Below, piece by piece: positions 28,530 through 32,000 of a stretch of DNA of 32,000 nt. Source of the stretch: Mycolicibacterium smegmatis (GTDB lineage: Bacteria > Actinomycetota > Actinomycetes > Mycobacteriales > Mycobacteriaceae); assembly GCF_001457595.1 (NCBI RefSeq), contig NZ_LN831039.1, positions 3,840,001 to 3,872,000 on the forward strand. Reading direction: 5' to 3'. The notes below the pieces were generated by a model. The model saw only the letters and a program-made list of their open reading frames with translations, was not told the origin of the DNA and did no database searches. The position numbers were made by a program, and so were the translations under genes. Position 1 is the first letter of the stretch; the number at the start of each line of letters is the position of its first letter.

Positions 28530-30215
28530 TCAGTCGGGCAGTGTGAAGGCGATCAACGCGCTGCCGTGGCCCGCGCCGAGCATCCCGGGGAGGATGCCCT
28601 CGAGCCAGCCGCCCCAGCCGACCGGTACGACGACGTACTGCTTGCCGTCGACACTGTAGGTCGAACAACTTCCGTGATGCCCACTGCCACAGTTGAATTC
28701 CCACAACTTCTCGCCGGTGTTGGCATCCAGTGCGGCGAACTCGCCGGTCGGGGTGCCTGCGAACACCAGGTCTCCCGCGGTGGCGAGAACCGATGCGGCC
28801 ATCGGGTAGTCGAGACGCCAGCGCCACTTCTCCTCACCGTGGGAGTCGAACGCGCTCACCGAGCCCGCCATGTCGTCGATGTCCACCTGAACGGCAGCAC
28901 CCCAGTACGGGATACCCTCCCGGAACTCGCGTCGACGGCGGGTGGCCGTGGCGCCCACGTCGGCGACGGGAACGTAGAACATGTCCGTCTTCGGGCTGTA
29001 CGCCGCGTGCGTCCATTCCTTCGCCCCGGCCGGTCCCGGGTAGAAGTGGACGGGCTCACCCTCCTTGTCGGGATACTTGCGCGGCGTCACCTTGCCGTCG
29101 CGGGTGATGACACCCCAGTCGATCCGATCCACGAACGGGGTGACGTGCTGCAGTTCCCCGTTGGTGCGGTCCAGCACGAAGAAGTAGCCGTTCTTGTCGA
29201 AGTGGCCGAGCAGCTTCTTGCCGTCCCGCTCGAAGAGCGTCATCTCCATCGTGGAGTCGTAGTCCCACAGGTCGTGCGGGGTGAACTGGTAGTGCCACTT
29301 GATTTCTCCGGTGTCGACGTCGAGCGCGACGACGGAGTCGGTGTAGAGGTTGTCGCCCTCGCGCACTGCACCGTCGAAGTCGGGCGCCGGGTTACCGGTG
29401 CCGGCGTAGTACAGGTTCAGCTCGGGGTCGTACGTCCCGGTCACCCAGTGGTTGGCACCACCACGCTGCCAGGCCTCGCCGTCGGCAGGCCAGGTCTCCG
29501 AGCCCGGCTCCCCCGGCTTGGGAACGGTGTAGGTGCGCCACAGGTGCTCGCCGGTCTTGAGGTCCCAGCAGTCGATGTGTCCACGCACGCCGAACTCGCC
29601 ACCGGCGCTGCCGGTGATCAGCGTGTTCTTGACCACCAGCGGAGCCAGGGAGGCGCTCTCACCGGCCCGTACGTCGCCGATCGTCTTCTCCCAGACCATC
29701 TCTCCGTTGCTGGCGTCCAGCGCGAGCAGGTGGGCGTTGGGTGTCACGAAGAAGACCTTGCCGTCGGCCACCGCGCAGCCACGGTTGACGTTCCCGCAGC
29801 ACAGCGACACGTCGAAGGGCACTGCGTGCTTGTAGCGCCAGAGCTGCTGGCCCGTTTTCGCGTCCAGCGCCCAGAACCAGCCGTCCCACCCGGTGACGTA
29901 CATGACGCCGTCCACGACCAGCGGGCACGCCTCGAACGCATAGGTCGACGCCCCCGCCATGTGCCCGGAGGCCCCTGCCTGGAACACCCACGCCGGACCG
30001 ATGCGCTTGACGTTCTCGGTGTTGATCTGGTCAAGGAGGCTGTACCGCTTGCCGTCATAGGCCCCGTAATAGGTGAGCCAGTTGTGCGACTCCGCCCGCG
30101 CATTGAGGAGGCGGTTGTAGTCGACATCGGTTGTCACCGCGGGCGCGGTTCCCGGAATGGGGCTCAGCGCCGACTGATTGATCGCTTCGCCGGCGTCGAC
30201 GTATTCAACGGTCAT
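28530..30215 (-). CDS. PQQ-dependent alcohol (methanol/ethanol-type) dehydrogenase
   Basis: Beta-propeller W motifs (LDAKTGQQLWRYK, LDVDTGEIKWHYQ), adjacent-Cys FDVSLCCGNVNRGC, GGEFGVRG, GTGNPAPDFD, TPHDLWDYDSTMEM. SD aggaaggg directly upstream of ATG 30215. Confidence 0.94.
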   Translation of the reverse strand: MTVEYVDAGEAINQSALSPIPGTAPAVTTDVDYNRLLNARAESHNWLTYYGAYDGKRYSLLDQINTENVKRIGPAWVFQAGASGHMAGASTYAFEACPLVVDGVMYVTGWDGWFWALDAKTGQQLWRYKHAVPFDVSLCCGNVNRGCAVADGKVFFVTPNAHLLALDASNGEMVWEKTIGDVRAGESASLAPLVVKNTLITGSAGGEFGVRGHIDCWDLKTGEHLWRTYTVPKPGEPGSETWPADGEAWQRGGANHWVTGTYDPELNLYYAGTGNPAPDFDGAVREGDNLYTDSVVALDVDTGEIKWHYQFTPHDLWDYDSTMEMTLFERDGKKLLGHFDKNGYFFVLDRTNGELQHVTPFVDRIDWGVITRDGKVTPRKYPDKEGEPVHFYPGPAGAKEWTHAAYSPKTDMFYVPVADVGATATRRRREFREGIPYWGAAVQVDIDDMAGSVSAFDSHGEEKWRWRLDYPMAASVLATAGDLVFAGTPTGEFAALDANTGEKLWEFNCGSGHHGSCSTYSVDGKQYVVVPVGWGGWLEGILPGMLGAGHGSALIAFTLPD

Positions 30216-30228
30216 TCTTGTTCCCTTC

Positions 30229-30699
30229 CTAGGGTCGCGGCTGATCGGGACGGTCGAGACGGGCCTCCGGTGGCACTTCGCCGAGAACGACGATCGCGGC
30301 GGTCAGACCCCGGCCTTCGTCGTTGCCGCCCGGCGAGCTGTACCAGTAGTAACCCGGGCCGTCGAGGTGCAGGACCGCCTTGCCCTTCGAGTGGTTGAGG
30401 AGCCAGAGGAACTTCCTGTCCCCGTTGCTCGGGAACAGCGCCGCGTGTGTGTTCTTGTCGTCGTTGATGACCGTCAGCTCGATGAAACCGCCGTGCGGCA
30501 TCACCAGAATCGCCGGATCCCAGGCGATCTCGTCCTCTTTGATCCGGATCGTCGCCTCCATCGTGCCATCGGCCCGTTCGGTCGCGGTGGCGATGGAACC
30601 AGTGCCCAGGACCCGGCCGAGCGCTGCGTGATTCTGCTTGTCCAAGCCGAGTTCGCGCAGTAGGTCGGATCGCTGATCTGGCTGATCTGTGACCGTCAT
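30229..30699 (-). CDS. Cupredoxin-like small protein, candidate partner of the PQQ dehydrogenase
   Basis: DPAILVMPHGGFIELTVINDDKNTHAALFPSNGDRKFLWLLNHSKGKAVLHLDGPGYYWYSSPGG; 13 nt upstream of the dehydrogenase. The canonical copper-site Cys is not present. Confidence 0.6.
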   Translation of the reverse strand: MTVTDQPDQRSDLLRELGLDKQNHAALGRVLGTGSIATATERADGTMEATIRIKEDEIAWDPAILVMPHGGFIELTVINDDKNTHAALFPSNGDRKFLWLLNHSKGKAVLHLDGPGYYWYSSPGGNDEGRGLTAAIVVLGEVPPEARLDRPDQPRP

Positions 30700-30843
30700 A
30701 GGACCTCACCTTCTCGTCGGTGAAACTTCGTTGTTTGTCGAGTGAAAAGTGCGGCGGACCGCATTCCCGTTCCATTCCGTTGATTTCGGCGATCCGGAAC
30801 ACGAGTTGGATGAGCGTTCAGAGTCGCGGACGCCGCTTGGCCG

Positions 30844-30870
30844 GTTACATCTCGCTGTGCGAGATGTAAC
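30844..30870. promoter_or_regulatory. Perfect palindrome upstream of the PQQ locus, candidate operator
   Basis: GTTACATCTCGC-TGT-GCGAGATGTAAC, 12/12 arms, 3-nt spacer; 145 nt upstream of the first gene (30699); no poly-T tract. Confidence 0.7.
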
Positions 30871-31114
30871 TACGAAGACGATAGGTCCGGTCAACCCTTC
30901 GGTACAGGTGAGACCGCAGGGCGGTCATAGTGTGCCGTTCGCATGCCGCCAGGCACCGTTCGCAGTGATTCCGATCACGCGGACGAGACCGGCGGCCCGT
31001 CGAAAGTACGCATCGGCGACAGGCAGGACCTTCCCGTTCGCTGTGAAAGTCACACGTACGCACCATCGTTGACCGCCGCGCGCGCGTGGCGGGCCCGGGG
31101 CGGCGATCGCCGAA

Positions 31115-32000
31115 TCAGGTTCGGTCGAACAGGTCCAGGTTCATCACCTTGTCCCACGCGGAGACGAAGTCACGGACGAACTTCTCCTCAGCGTCCGCGC
31201 TCGCGTACACCTCGGAGATTGCGCGTAGCACGGGGTCTGACGCGAAGGACAGGTCGACCCGGCTCGCGATCCACGTGACCTCGCCGGTGCGCCGGTCGCG
31301 ACCCTCGTATGCCGCCGTCCAGTCGGCGGTGTCCGCCCTCGGTGTCCACTCGATGTTCACGTCGAGCAGGTTGACGAAGAAGTCGTTGCTCAGCGCGCCC
31401 GGCGATGCGGTGAACACACCCAGCGGGGATCCGCCGTGGTTGGCGCCGAGCACACGCAAACCGCCGAGCAGTACCGTCATCTGCGGCGCAGTCAGGGTCA
31501 ACTGGCTCGCACGGTCGACGAGCAGATGCTCCGGAGGTGGTCGGTTGCCCTCGCCGACGTAGTTGCGGAATGCGTCCGCGGTGGGTTCGAGTGCGGAGAA
31601 CCACTCGATGTCGGTCCACTCCTGTGGTGCGTCCGTACGCCCCAGCCGGCAGGGGACCTCGATGGGGTGACCGGCTTCGGCGGCGGCATGTTCGACCGCC
31701 GCGCAGCCGCCGAGCATGATCAGATCGGCAGCGGAGATCTGTTTGCCCCCGCGATGGGAATCGTTGAACCGTCGGCGAATCCGCTCCAGTCGGTCCAGGA
31801 CGATCGCCAGCTTCTCCGGCTCGTTGACCGCCCAGCTCCGCTGCGGTTCGAGACGGATTCGCGCGCCGTTCGCGCCGCCGCGCTTGTCACTGTTCCGGAA
31901 CGTCGAAGCCGAGGCCCACGCCGTGGTGACGAGTTGCGATACCGACAGTCCCGAACCGAGGATCTCACGCTTGAGTGCGGCGACGTCGTCGGCGTCCGCG
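31115..32000 (-). CDS. katG: Catalase-peroxidase KatG, C-terminal part; 5' end outside window
   Basis: Reverse strand is open to base 32000: [61 protein letters not shown]...[23 protein letters not shown]... ending [11 protein letters not shown](T). Confidence 0.96.
   Translation of the reverse strand, partial: ADADDVAALKREILGSGLSVSQLVTTAWASASTFRNSDKRGGANGARIRLEPQRSWAVNEPEKLAIVLDRLERIRRRFNDSHRGGKQISAADLIMLGGCAAVEHAAAEAGHPIEVPCRLGRTDAPQEWTDIEWFSALEPTADAFRNYVGEGNRPPPEHLLVDRASQLTLTAPQMTVLLGGLRVLGANHGGSPLGVFTASPGALSNDFFVNLLDVNIEWTPRADTADWTAAYEGRDRRTGEVTWIASRVDLSFASDPVLRAISEVYASADAEEKFVRDFVSAWDKVMNLDLFDRT

Noticed and set aside
28434-30398. 654-aa plus-strand ORF 28434..30398 opposite the PQQ dehydrogenase
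   Set aside because: Antisense artefact of high-GC codon bias; the opposite strand has clear PQQ dehydrogenase motifs.
30700-31114. Hidden regulator gene between katG and the PQQ locus
   Set aside because: ORFs here (30749..31072 +, 30845..31066 -, 30943..31278 +) lack regulator motifs and overlap the palindrome or katG; treated as intergenic.
1-32000. tRNA/rRNA genes
   Set aside because: No cloverleaf-like or rRNA-like segment was recognised by eye; tRNAscan-SE/Infernal would be needed to exclude them formally.

Overview
High-GC actinobacterial chromosome segment whose gene content (MmpS/MmpL, KatG, CAR-type reductase domain) points to a rapidly growing Mycolicibacterium/Mycobacterium. Start to end: (1) 3' end of an NRPS (end of a C domain, then A, PCP and a carboxylic-acid-reductase-like R domain), followed by mmpS, mmpL and a small membrane protein. 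(2) A V8/glutamyl-endopeptidase-like protease whose reading frame is broken, plus a small hypothetical gene. (3) Minus-strand block: two SDRs, a monofunctional catalase, a large ATPase-LuxR (LAL) regulator, an HD-domain protein, a second LAL regulator that has lost an internal segment and its LuxR HTH and is joined to a foreign tail, and an ECF sigma factor. (4) An IS481-like transposase abutting a small TPR-like gene, next to a MerR-HTH protein fused to DnaN-like (beta clamp) domains. (5) Decayed epoxide hydrolase and SDR genes. (6) A YkvA/DUF1232 protein. (7) A minus-strand PQQ locus: cupredoxin-like protein, PQQ alcohol dehydrogenase with the Asp-x-Asp pair typical of lanthanide enzymes and no evident signal peptide, pqqA, pqqB, pqqC, pqqD, pqqE, a 68-aa protein with 9 Cys overlapping the pqqE stop, and a CaCA-type cation exchanger. 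A perfect 12-bp-arm palindrome lies upstream of the locus. (8) 3' part of katG. The most interesting leads are the MerR-beta-clamp fusion, the extended PQQ locus with its unannotated Cys-rich protein and palindrome, and the rearranged LAL regulator. All family calls come from motif recognition by eye; no database search was run.
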